The notes under the pieces were generated by a model. The model was not told the origin of the DNA. It saw only the letters and a list, made by a program, of their open reading frames with translations, and made no database searches. The translations under genes were made by a program, and so were the position numbers. Positions 33,251-41,616 of a DNA stretch of 64,000 bases are shown one piece after another (positions within the stretch are counted from its first letter, which is position 1; the number at the start of each line of letters is the position of its first letter). This stretch comes from Candidatus Pelagibacterales bacterium (GTDB lineage Bacteria; Pseudomonadota; Alphaproteobacteria; Pelagibacterales; AG-422-B15): the NCBI GenBank assembly GCA_028412835.1, contig JAONQW010000001.1, positions 11,617 to 75,616 on the forward strand. Direction: 5' to 3'.

Positions 33251-33282
33251 TCATGCATTACCGACTAAGATATAAATAATTT

Positions 33283-34089
33283 ATGCTAGATTTGCCAAAA
33301 ACTGAGAGAATCTTATTAGACATCACAGATGATTGGCTAACGATTTCATTTAACCACCCGGATTCCAGAAATGCTTTATCCCAGCAACTTACAGATGAAA
33401 TTAGATTAACACTCAAGAGTATTCAGAACGATAAAACTATTCGAGGTATTACATTTAGAGGTGAGAGCGGTATATTTTGTGCTGGAGGTGATTTAAAGAG
33501 TTTTAAATCAGGTTTGCAAGGCGACAATAGTAATCTTGCCGATGTTGAAAAAATGAGTGAAAGCACAGGTGAATTTTTTGAATTAATAAATACAATTCCC
33601 GTACCAGTAATTATGCTTGCTGAGGGCGCAGCAATGGCTGGTGGTCTTGGAATGTTATGTGCTGCAGATATAGTTGTGGTTACTAAAGATTGTAAATTTG
33701 CTCTTACAGAAACTACTCTTGGAATAGTTCCAGCTCAAATTGCTCCATATATAGTCAGCCGTGTTGGTTTGTCTAAAGCAAGAAGATTAATGCTAACAGC
33801 ATCTCGCTTTACTGGCAAAGAAGCATTTGACTATGGGATAGCAGATTTTGTTGCAGAGGGATCAGACGAATTGATGAAGATAGAGTCAGAAGTTAAAAAA
33901 GATATATTACGATGTGCACCTGGTGCAAATTCTATAACTAAAGAAATAGTACTAGCAACACGCAACTTAGATAAAGATTCTTTAGTGAAATTTGCAGCCA
34001 AAGGTTTTGCTAAATCTATGATGAGCGACGAAGGTAAAGAGGGTATAAAGGCATTTGTTGAAAAAAGAAAACCCAGTTGGGCAGAGTAA
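33283..34089 (+). CDS. enoyl-CoA hydratase family protein (methyl-/isohexenyl-glutaconyl-CoA hydratase-like)
   Basis: 268 aa with crotonase motifs FCAGGDLK and EGAAMAGGLGM. Confidence 0.82.
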   Translation: MLDLPKTERILLDITDDWLTISFNHPDSRNALSQQLTDEIRLTLKSIQNDKTIRGITFRGESGIFCAGGDLKSFKSGLQGDNSNLADVEKMSESTGEFFELINTIPVPVIMLAEGAAMAGGLGMLCAADIVVVTKDCKFALTETTLGIVPAQIAPYIVSRVGLSKARRLMLTASRFTGKEAFDYGIADFVAEGSDELMKIESEVKKDILRCAPGANSITKEIVLATRNLDKDSLVKFAAKGFAKSMMSDEGKEGIKAFVEKRKPSWAE

Positions 34090-34091
34090 TT

Positions 34092-34895
34092 ATGTTAGAT
34101 CAAGCATTAGATTTTAAGAACGAATGCGATGCACTTTATGAAGTTATTAGGTCATTATCCAACGAAGACCTTAAACAAAAAACTGGTTTTAAAGAATGGA
34201 CAATAAATAATATTATTGGACACCTACATACATGGAATATTGCAGCAAATAGAAGTTTAACAAGTGATAGTGAGTTTGCTAACTATGTATCCCTTTTCAA
34301 TGTTGAATATAGCAAGCGCCAAAAGATGAGTGATTTTGAAAACGTCTTTTTAGAAGGTAGAGAGGGCCAAGATCTTATTGAACTTTGGCACAAATTTTAT
34401 CCAGAAATGTCAAATAGATTTAAGGAGGCTGATCCAAAAAAAAGGGTAAAATGGATGGGGCCAGATATGAGTGTAAAATCTTCTATTACTGCTCGTTTAA
34501 TGGAGACATGGGCCCATGGACAAGCTGTATATGATATATTAGGCATTGTTAGAAAAAACCAAGATCATATTAAGAACATAACTGTTTTGGGTAATAATAC
34601 ATTTAAATGGTGTTACACAGTACATGGTAAGAAAGTACCATCCATTGTCCCACATTTAAAACTTACTGCACCATCAGGAGAAATTTGGACTTTTAATGAT
34701 GTTTCTAATGATGATTTGATTGAAGGAAATGCAGAAGATTTTTGTCAAGTTGTTACTCAAGTAAGAAATATTGCAGATGTTAGTTTAAATGTTGTTGGTG
34801 AGATTGCTAATGAGTGGATGTCTATTGCTCAATGTTTTGCAGGACCTCCTGAGCAGCCACCTAAACCGGGTGCACGTTTTACTTCAATTAGATAA
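34092..34895 (+). CDS. DinB/maleylpyruvate-isomerase-N-terminal-like protein (TIGR03084-like)
   Basis: 267 aa from ATG 34092; the track's TTG at 34077 is less likely. Has a DinB-type His (IIGHLHTW) and METWAHGQ. The family is from memory and is often found next to acyl-CoA carboxylase/AtuA genes. Confidence 0.6.
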   Translation: MLDQALDFKNECDALYEVIRSLSNEDLKQKTGFKEWTINNIIGHLHTWNIAANRSLTSDSEFANYVSLFNVEYSKRQKMSDFENVFLEGREGQDLIELWHKFYPEMSNRFKEADPKKRVKWMGPDMSVKSSITARLMETWAHGQAVYDILGIVRKNQDHIKNITVLGNNTFKWCYTVHGKKVPSIVPHLKLTAPSGEIWTFNDVSNDDLIEGNAEDFCQVVTQVRNIADVSLNVVGEIANEWMSIAQCFAGPPEQPPKPGARFTSIR

Positions 34896-35556
34896 TTGAG
34901 CCCACTTTATAATCTGACAAAAGATGAGGAATGGAACTATCACAATCATCCAAGTCATCATAATTTCCATTTTCTAGGTCAGCATTTAGATCTTCGGTAT
35001 CTAATAGCTTGCAAGCATAGTCTACATAGAGGTTGCTCAGTAGATGTCTGAACTCATGTTGAAAAATTACTGCAGCCATACCATTAAGTTTACCACTTAT
35101 CTTATTTAGATTTTCATCCATAGATTCATATGTAATTGATTTATAGGTAGCTACCTGGCCACGGAATTGTCCTTTTGCACTTAAGCAACCATGCCAAAAG
35201 TTAGTTAATTCTTTGGATGCAGATTTTATTTTTGGGTTTATAAAAATTTGTTTTTTTACATTAAGTAAATTTTTATAACGTGGCTCAGAGTCTTCATGGT
35301 TAGATTCAATTATAAAAATTTGCAAATTTAAACCAACTTGATTTGCCGCAATACCAATACCATGCTCTGCCACCATTGTTTTATACATTATATCTATTGT
35401 ATCTTTTAAATTTGATAAGTGGTATTCAGTTACTGGAAGGCATTTTTGATAAAGTACGTTATTTTCTCTTGAGGCATTTCCAAACAAACCCTGAATAATA
35501 GGAGCTTGCTCTTTATCTTTATACTCTTTAATGAAAGCAACTAAATCGGTAGTCAT
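34888..35556 (-). CDS. peptide deformylase-like metallohydrolase (divergent, extended)
   Basis: 222 aa. Motif 1 is GIGIAANQVG, motif 2 is HGCLS (canonical EGCLS) and motif 3 is QHEFRHL (canonical QHExDHL). Has an extra N-terminus and an acidic C-tail. Confidence 0.7.
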   Translation of the reverse strand: MTTDLVAFIKEYKDKEQAPIIQGLFGNASRENNVLYQKCLPVTEYHLSNLKDTIDIMYKTMVAEHGIGIAANQVGLNLQIFIIESNHEDSEPRYKNLLNVKKQIFINPKIKSASKELTNFWHGCLSAKGQFRGQVATYKSITYESMDENLNKISGKLNGMAAVIFQHEFRHLLSNLYVDYACKLLDTEDLNADLENGNYDDLDDCDSSIPHLLSDYKVGSII

Positions 35557-35609
35557 AAATCTATTTTATTTAAATTATAAAATTTATATATAGTAAATTA
35601 AAAGATGAT

Positions 35610-36041
35610 TTAAGAAAAACCGTTTATATAGTTGCGCAATGCATCGTTTTCGACTTCATATTTATGAATAATATGATTAACGACATCACCTATTGATACA
35701 ATTCCAATCAATTTATGTTTATCTATAATAGGCATATGTCTTATTTTTCGATTTGTCATTGTCTCCATTAATTCGGACACCGAAATTTCTAGATCACAAG
35801 AAATAATATTCTTACTCATTATTTTTGAAATACTTTCATCAAGATTTAATTTTTCGTTACATATGTATCTTGATATGTCTCTTTCAGAAATAATCCCAAC
35901 AACGTTTCCTTGACTGTCAATAACTGGCATTGCACCAATGTTGAATTCAGTCAATTTGTCAGCAGCATCCTTCACACTAGATGATGCTTCAATGGTGAAA
36001 CACTTTCTTTGAGATAGCGATTTTACTAATACACCAGCCAT
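35610..36041 (-). CDS. CBS-pair domain protein
   Basis: 143 aa with two CBS repeats (GAMPVIDSQGNVVGIISERD, RHMPIIDKHKLIGIVSIGD). Confidence 0.85.
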   Translation of the reverse strand: MAGVLVKSLSQRKCFTIEASSSVKDAADKLTEFNIGAMPVIDSQGNVVGIISERDISRYICNEKLNLDESISKIMSKNIISCDLEISVSELMETMTNRKIRHMPIIDKHKLIGIVSIGDVVNHIIHKYEVENDALRNYINGFS

Positions 36042-36116
36042 GAAATATTATACCAAAATTAGACCAATAATCTAAAAAATAGTATTAATCTATATATAAC
36101 AGTTATTTAAGTTACT

Positions 36117-37094
36117 TTATGCAGAAAGAGATTTAAGTCTACCATTGATGATTTCCATTGCATCACTCATGATTTGATTAATTAACTCTTCACATGTTGG
36201 AATATCATTTATTAAGCCTGCAACCATACCGCAACTCCAAGCTCCTGACTCCATTGTGCCTTCTTGCATCACTTTTGGATACACACCAGCAACTTCATCC
36301 ATAATATCTTGAATTTTGATATTGTCGCCAAGATCTTTTTCTTTTTGAAGTATTCTATCTACTGCAACATTACTTAAAACACGCTCAGTATTTTTTAAAG
36401 ATCTCATAATTAGCTTTGTATCAAGTTCACTAGCATCTAATATTGCATCTTTAACATTTTGATGAACGGGAGCCTCTTTAGTAGCTATGAAACGGGTACC
36501 CATATTTATACCATCAGCACCAAGCGCTAAAGCTGCTACTAATTGTTGTCCGTTTCCAATTCCACCTGATGCAACAAAAGGAATCTTCAACTCTTCTGCA
36601 GCACGTGGAAGTAAAATCATATTAGGAATATCATCTTCACCTGGATGACCTCCACACTCAAAACCATCAACACTAGCTGCATCGCAACCAATTTTTTCAG
36701 CTTTTAAAGAATGTCTAACAGAAGTACATTTATGAATTACTTTTATTCCAGCACTTTTAAGAGAGTCCATGTATTTTTCTGGACTTCTTCCAGCAGTCTC
36801 GACAATCTTTACGCCACCCTCGACAATTGCTTTGATATAGCCTGGATAATCAGGCTCCACAAATCCTGGAAGAAAAGTTAGATTAACTCCAAATGGTTTG
36901 TCTGTTAACTGATGGCACTTTGCAATTTCATTTGCAAGATCTGCTGGTGATTTTTGTGTTAAACCTGTAATAATTCCAAGTCCACCAGCATTAGATACAG
37001 GCGCAGCCATTTCAGCAAAGCCTACGTAATGCATACCACCTTGAATAATTGGGTGTGTTATATTGAATAATTCTGTAATTCTTGTTTTTAGCAT
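36117..37094 (-). CDS. nitronate monooxygenase / FabK-like FMN oxidoreductase
   Basis: 325 aa with HPIIQGGM and SGGIGNG, an NMO TIM-barrel pattern. Confidence 0.85.
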   Translation of the reverse strand: MLKTRITELFNITHPIIQGGMHYVGFAEMAAPVSNAGGLGIITGLTQKSPADLANEIAKCHQLTDKPFGVNLTFLPGFVEPDYPGYIKAIVEGGVKIVETAGRSPEKYMDSLKSAGIKVIHKCTSVRHSLKAEKIGCDAASVDGFECGGHPGEDDIPNMILLPRAAEELKIPFVASGGIGNGQQLVAALALGADGINMGTRFIATKEAPVHQNVKDAILDASELDTKLIMRSLKNTERVLSNVAVDRILQKEKDLGDNIKIQDIMDEVAGVYPKVMQEGTMESGAWSCGMVAGLINDIPTCEELINQIMSDAMEIINGRLKSLSA

Positions 37095-37239
37095 AGAGTT
37101 AATTTATCGATTATATTAAAAAATATCTATATTTAATTAGAACTTATTTTTACTTATATATTCGTAATGCTTGGTTGTATAATGTTTGAAATGAGACTAA
37201 TCTCATATTAATCCTTACTAAATATATTAGGTATTATTA

Positions 37240-37632
37240 ATGAATGATAATAGTAAAAAAATTTCTGACTTCTTAGACCTCTACTATTCATTGGAAAATG
37301 CTAATCCATTTCAACGTTTTATGTACAACACCAGACTTAGTTTTTGTGTTTGTCTTGAGTTAGCAAAAGCTCAGTATTCAAATAAGGCTTCAAGTTTTGA
37401 AAAACTCTGTTCAACTATTCCAAAAAATTTTGGATCAAGAGCTTCTATTCAAAATATCCTAAATCTAGGGCTTAAAAGCAATTTTTTTATAAAGGTTCAG
37501 TCAAAAAAAGATAAGCGTGTTCAAGATATTAAAGTTAAAGATGAGCTATTAAAGTATATAGAAATTTGGATCAAAATGCATACTGGAGTATTTGATCCTG
37601 CAATTACTGTTGAAAAAGAAAAAGCTAGTTAA
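37240..37632 (+). CDS. hypothetical protein, possible winged-helix DNA-binding regulator
   Basis: 130 aa. The central segment SFEKLCSTIPKNFGSRASIQNILNLGLKSNFFIKVQSKKDKRVQDIKV resembles a MarR-type HTH plus wing. Weak call, made by eye only. Confidence 0.4.
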   Translation: MNDNSKKISDFLDLYYSLENANPFQRFMYNTRLSFCVCLELAKAQYSNKASSFEKLCSTIPKNFGSRASIQNILNLGLKSNFFIKVQSKKDKRVQDIKVKDELLKYIEIWIKMHTGVFDPAITVEKEKAS

Positions 37633-37786
37633 TATTTTACTTTAACAAAAATTTTTATCTAATTTATAAATATGAATTTTAATCAATATTAATTTTTCTC
37701 TGTAAAAATCTATCAATTTAATTATTTAATTATCGTTGCGAATCATTATCATAATCCAATTATTAATTAATTAAGGGAAAATCGTT

Positions 37787-38593
37787 ATGTTTAAAACTGA
37801 TGATAAACTCATACAAATCTGTCTGGCAGTTTCTTATGCAATTCTTGCTTTGTATGCAATTATAAATTACTTCAATCCAGAATATATTATAAGCCAATAT
37901 TCTTCACTAGAATCAAATGACACGAATAGATTCTTTTTAGGCTGGTATGGTATGATGAATTTTGGAGCAGTAGCTGGACTTATATATATGGGTTATAAAG
38001 GATTGGATCGAGCATATTTTACTTATGCTATTCCGCTAGCAGCTCTATTCGTAGTTTGGACTTATATGGGCCAAGCTTCATTACCTGAAGATCAGCAAAA
38101 CTTTACAGCAATGGGACTTTTTGTAATTAACTTAGTTGCTTTAATCATTGCTCGCGTAAGAGGTCTTGGTGGATTAGATTTTACTAAAGCTGAAAACATG
38201 TGGGGCACAAGTGATAAACTTTGTCAGACAATATTTACTATTGGTTTAATTGGACAAGCTTTTTTTGTAGTTCAGTATATTGTTGCGCCAGGTTCTTTTA
38301 TCGAACAAACGCCAGGTCTTGAAGCATCTGATGTTGCTCAAAGATTTGTTATGGGCTTAATGTTCTTTTCTTTAGCTTGGACTATTGCATTGTTGTATCA
38401 ACTACGCACTGGTTACAGTATGTCATTAATTGTTACATCGTTGGTAATTTCAACAATGTTTATGTGTACAATGTTAAATTTCTACGCTTCTGGCTCAGTC
38501 CAAGATGGTGGAAACACATTTTTATCTGTAAATATCATAGGGAACTTTCTTGGATCTTTGATCGTGTTCTTTAGATTACAAAGTCAACATTAA
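37787..38593 (+). CDS. integral membrane protein, internal duplication of a ~130-aa 4-TM module
   Basis: 268 aa whose halves align (TDDKLIQICL.. vs TSDKLCQTIF..; NRFFLGW vs QRFVMGL). Possibly DUF4345-like, unverified. Confidence 0.7.
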   Translation: MFKTDDKLIQICLAVSYAILALYAIINYFNPEYIISQYSSLESNDTNRFFLGWYGMMNFGAVAGLIYMGYKGLDRAYFTYAIPLAALFVVWTYMGQASLPEDQQNFTAMGLFVINLVALIIARVRGLGGLDFTKAENMWGTSDKLCQTIFTIGLIGQAFFVVQYIVAPGSFIEQTPGLEASDVAQRFVMGLMFFSLAWTIALLYQLRTGYSMSLIVTSLVISTMFMCTMLNFYASGSVQDGGNTFLSVNIIGNFLGSLIVFFRLQSQH

Positions 38594-38608
38594 TTAGGGG
38601 AGAAAAAT

Positions 38609-39031
38609 ATGATTAAATTAGAAGATAGAGTATCAGTTGTAATATTGTGTTTGATAACCTTTATGGGTACTTTTTATGCTCTCATGATGGTTAATGCTAA
38701 TTTTGCATCTGCCTTTTTAGAATCTCTTGGAAGACCAACTCCAAATGAAGATACATTGTTTTGGATGGGATGGTGGGGCTATATTTACTTAGGACTAGGT
38801 ATAGGAAATATCATGGCTTTACTTGCACCTGCAAGTGATAGCAGGGTTTTCTTAAGAGCTATGACTATGGTAGCAATGATATCTTTCATTAGAGTCCTTG
38901 GTAATAATTTGGCAATTGGCGAACTTGATATTAGTCCAACATTAATAGCACAGTTCTTAGTCTTAATTGGCTACTCAGTTGTACTAACTAGAACTAACTC
39001 AAGAATAGGTAAGCATTTTGGCTGGTTATAA
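38609..39031 (+). CDS. integral membrane protein, single copy of the same 4-TM module
   Basis: 140 aa that aligns to each half of the upstream gene (LEDRVSVVIL.., EDTLFWMGWWG). Starts 15 nt after it, with GGGGAG upstream. Confidence 0.7.
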   Translation: MIKLEDRVSVVILCLITFMGTFYALMMVNANFASAFLESLGRPTPNEDTLFWMGWWGYIYLGLGIGNIMALLAPASDSRVFLRAMTMVAMISFIRVLGNNLAIGELDISPTLIAQFLVLIGYSVVLTRTNSRIGKHFGWL

Positions 39032-39049
39032 TCAGTAAGCTTGCTCAAT

Positions 39050-39090
39050 AAAATTACCCTCGTTAAGTTAGACTTTACGAGGGTAATTTT
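39050..39090 (+). terminator. long perfect hairpin (terminator or operator-like palindrome)
   Basis: AAAATTACCCTCGT (39050-39063) pairs perfectly with ACGAGGGTAATTTT (39077-39090). Four further base pairs form inside the loop (AAGT/ACTT). It lies 18 nt after the upstream stop and 14 nt before the next ATG. Confidence 0.55.
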
Positions 39091-39103
39091 ATAGTATCAC
39101 TTC

Positions 39104-40012
39104 ATGAATATTTTAAGAACTCCATCTGAAAACTTCAATAATTTAAAAGATTATAGCTTCGAAGAAAACTATATTGAGTTTTCACTTACATTGGATGCTG
39201 TTGATACCGTGATGCCGGTTAGGATGCATTTCATTGATGAAAATAAAGATAGTGAAGATATAGTTTTACTTTTACATGGAGAACCTACCTGGTCTTATCT
39301 TTATAGACATATGATTCCAATATTGGTTAAAGCAGGCAAGCGCGTTATTGCACCCGATCTAATTGGTTTTGGAAAATCTGATAAACTTCCTGATCGAGAG
39401 TCATATACTTACGAAAATCATATTGATTGGACATCTAATGTTATTAAAAAACTGGATCTTAAGAATATTACATTTTTTGGTCAGGACTGGGGAGGACTTA
39501 TTGGGTTAAGGCTTGTTGCAGATAATCCAGATCTATTTAGTGGCATGGTCCTAGCTAATACTTCATTACCTATTGGAAAGGGTTCAACTCCTGGTTTTGA
39601 TGCTTGGAAGAAGTATAGTCAAATTGTAGAAATATTTAATAGTGGTAAAATTATACAAAATGCATCTTTAAGAAATCTTTCTGATGACGAAATAGCTGCA
39701 TATAACGCACCATTTCCTGATGATAGTTATTTAGCTTGTGCCCGACAATTTCCAACCTTAGTACCAATGAATCCTGAAGATCCTAGTGTTCAAGAAAATA
39801 TTGCTGCCTGGGAAGTTCTTAAGCGTTTTGACAAACCAGTATTAACTATATTTGGATCTAAGGACCCTGTAATGCTAGGACAAGAAAAGTATTTTCAAAA
39901 AATGATTCCAGGAACCAGTGGGATGAATCATCAAATTGTTGAGGCAGCCCATTTCATTCAAGAAGATCAACCTGAACTCTTGGCAAATTCCATAATAAAC
40001 TTGTATAATTAG
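39104..40012 (+). CDS. haloalkane dehalogenase, HLD-I (DhlA-like)
   Basis: 302 aa with [21 protein letters not shown] (nucleophile Asp-Trp), FDAWKKY (second Trp), GSKDPV (Asp) and AAHFIQED (His). Collinear with Xanthobacter DhlA as remembered. Confidence 0.88.
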   Translation: MNILRTPSENFNNLKDYSFEENYIEFSLTLDAVDTVMPVRMHFIDENKDSEDIVLLLHGEPTWSYLYRHMIPILVKAGKRVIAPDLIGFGKSDKLPDRESYTYENHIDWTSNVIKKLDLKNITFFGQDWGGLIGLRLVADNPDLFSGMVLANTSLPIGKGSTPGFDAWKKYSQIVEIFNSGKIIQNASLRNLSDDEIAAYNAPFPDDSYLACARQFPTLVPMNPEDPSVQENIAAWEVLKRFDKPVLTIFGSKDPVMLGQEKYFQKMIPGTSGMNHQIVEAAHFIQEDQPELLANSIINLYN

Positions 40013-40016
40013 CGCT

Positions 40017-40700
40017 ATGATAGAACTTTACACTAGCCCAACCCCAAATGGCTATAAGACCTCAGTTGCTTTGGAGGAACTACAGCTTCCCTACAATGTT
40101 CATGTAATAAACTTACAGCAAAATGATCAAAAAAAACCTGAATTTCTAAAGATGAATCCAAATGGTCGAATACCAGTAATTATTGATACAGATGAAGATA
40201 TTACAATTTTTGAATCTGGCGCACAGTTAATTTATTTAGCAGAAAAAACAGGAAAATTAATGCCGACTGATATTAAGGGACGCTCATTGGTAATGCAGTG
40301 GCTCATGTTTCAAATGAGTGGCATTGGACCTATGATGGGTCAGACAAATGTTTTTTTTAGATATTGGCCAGAAAAAATACAACCAGCTATTGATCGTTAT
40401 CAAAATGAAAGTAGACGCCTCTTTGAGGTGATGGATGGAAGGCTTAAGGATCATGAATTTTTAGCAGGAGACTTTAGCATTGCCGATATTGCAAACTGGT
40501 GTTGGGTTAGAACCTATGCCTGGTCTGGTATAAACGTCGATGGTTTAGATAATCTAAAGCGCTGGCGAGGACAAATTGCCAAGCGTCCAGCTTGTCAAAA
40601 AGGTGTAACTGTGCCAGTTGATATTATCAAGGCAATGCAAGCTCGAATAGAAGAGAATAATGAACTGGTAAATACTGGGTCTTTAATTGTTCAAAAGTAA
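40017..40700 (+). CDS. glutathione S-transferase, Nu class (YfcG-like)
   Basis: 227 aa with [34 protein letters not shown] and IADIANW. Closely parallels E. coli YfcG as remembered. Confidence 0.85.
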   Translation: MIELYTSPTPNGYKTSVALEELQLPYNVHVINLQQNDQKKPEFLKMNPNGRIPVIIDTDEDITIFESGAQLIYLAEKTGKLMPTDIKGRSLVMQWLMFQMSGIGPMMGQTNVFFRYWPEKIQPAIDRYQNESRRLFEVMDGRLKDHEFLAGDFSIADIANWCWVRTYAWSGINVDGLDNLKRWRGQIAKRPACQKGVTVPVDIIKAMQARIEENNELVNTGSLIVQK

Positions 40701-41524
40701 AATAACAAGCAACCCCAAGATATTAAACCAACTCCAAATAATTTACTTATAATATTACCGTAAGGAAAAATCTTTTCAGCCAGTACAGCTATTGTAATAA
40801 TTAAAACCCATAATAAATTCATTACACCATTTACAAAAAGTAAAAGCATTAAAACCCAACAACAACCAATACAAAAAATTCCATTTGATAAACCAATTTT
40901 AACAATTGAACCCATTCCATTAATTTTAGTGCCCATTATGTAGGACAATGGATTACGACACTTTTCCAAACATATATTCTTCAGATTAGTGAATTGGTAA
41001 ATACCAGCAAATATAATTAGACTTGCTGCTATATTATTATTTTTAATAATTCCCATCATATCTACAATATTTGCATTATGTAAAATATATTGCAGTGAAA
41101 CAGCTGCTATCGAAAATAATGTCCATAGTAAAAAATAAGTTGTAGCAAGTATAGCAAGTTCAGTTTTTGGACTATGACGAGTCACCATATTAGATCGCAT
41201 TTGATTAAAGATTAATAAAAAGTTGAATGTTGTAGGCATCATCATAGCAAACATCATAACAATCCACATCAACGTCATAACAATTAGATCATTAAAATTC
41301 CAGTCACTAGTCATAGGCATGGTTAACAGAGTAAAAGTGTTTTGATTATCCATATCCATGCTCATGTCCATATCCATGTTCATATCCTTCATTTCCACAT
41401 TCATATTCATTGGCTTCATATGCATAGAATCTAAGTATAGCCAGGCACCAATAATCATAAATATTATGGGAATAACAACTATGAGATAATCTCTAGAAAA
41501 TTTTAACATGTGGATTTTTATCAA
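40691..41524 (-). CDS. integral membrane protein with Met-rich N-terminal loop (DUF2182-like putative metal-binding protein)
   Basis: 277 aa, multi-TM, with a CLEKCRNP motif. The loop sequence is [26 protein letters not shown]. Its 3' end overlaps the convergent GST gene by 10 nt. Confidence 0.55.
   Translation of the reverse strand: MIKIHMLKFSRDYLIVVIPIIFMIIGAWLYLDSMHMKPMNMNVEMKDMNMDMDMSMDMDNQNTFTLLTMPMTSDWNFNDLIVMTLMWIVMMFAMMMPTTFNFLLIFNQMRSNMVTRHSPKTELAILATTYFLLWTLFSIAAVSLQYILHNANIVDMMGIIKNNNIAASLIIFAGIYQFTNLKNICLEKCRNPLSYIMGTKINGMGSIVKIGLSNGIFCIGCCWVLMLLLFVNGVMNLLWVLIITIAVLAEKIFPYGNIISKLFGVGLISWGCLLFYF
41348..41425 (-). repeat. in-frame low-complexity (Met-Asp/Asn)n coding repeat
   Basis: The plus strand shows a CATATC/CATGTC/CATGTT hexamer periodicity. 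It encodes residues 34-59, [26 protein letters not shown]. Confidence 0.8.
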
Positions 41525-41616
41525 AAAATAACTTTTAAGAAAAGACTAAAATTCTTTTATTGCACAATTATTGTAGTTTGAAATACTATTTATTAATTAA
41601 ATTTAATAGTAATATA

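Noticed and set aside
38377-38574. 65-aa same-strand ORF in another frame inside the 268-aa membrane gene
   Set aside because: It is fully embedded in a gene whose frame is supported by the internal duplication and the paralog. Its translation is implausible (W/Y/C/N-rich).
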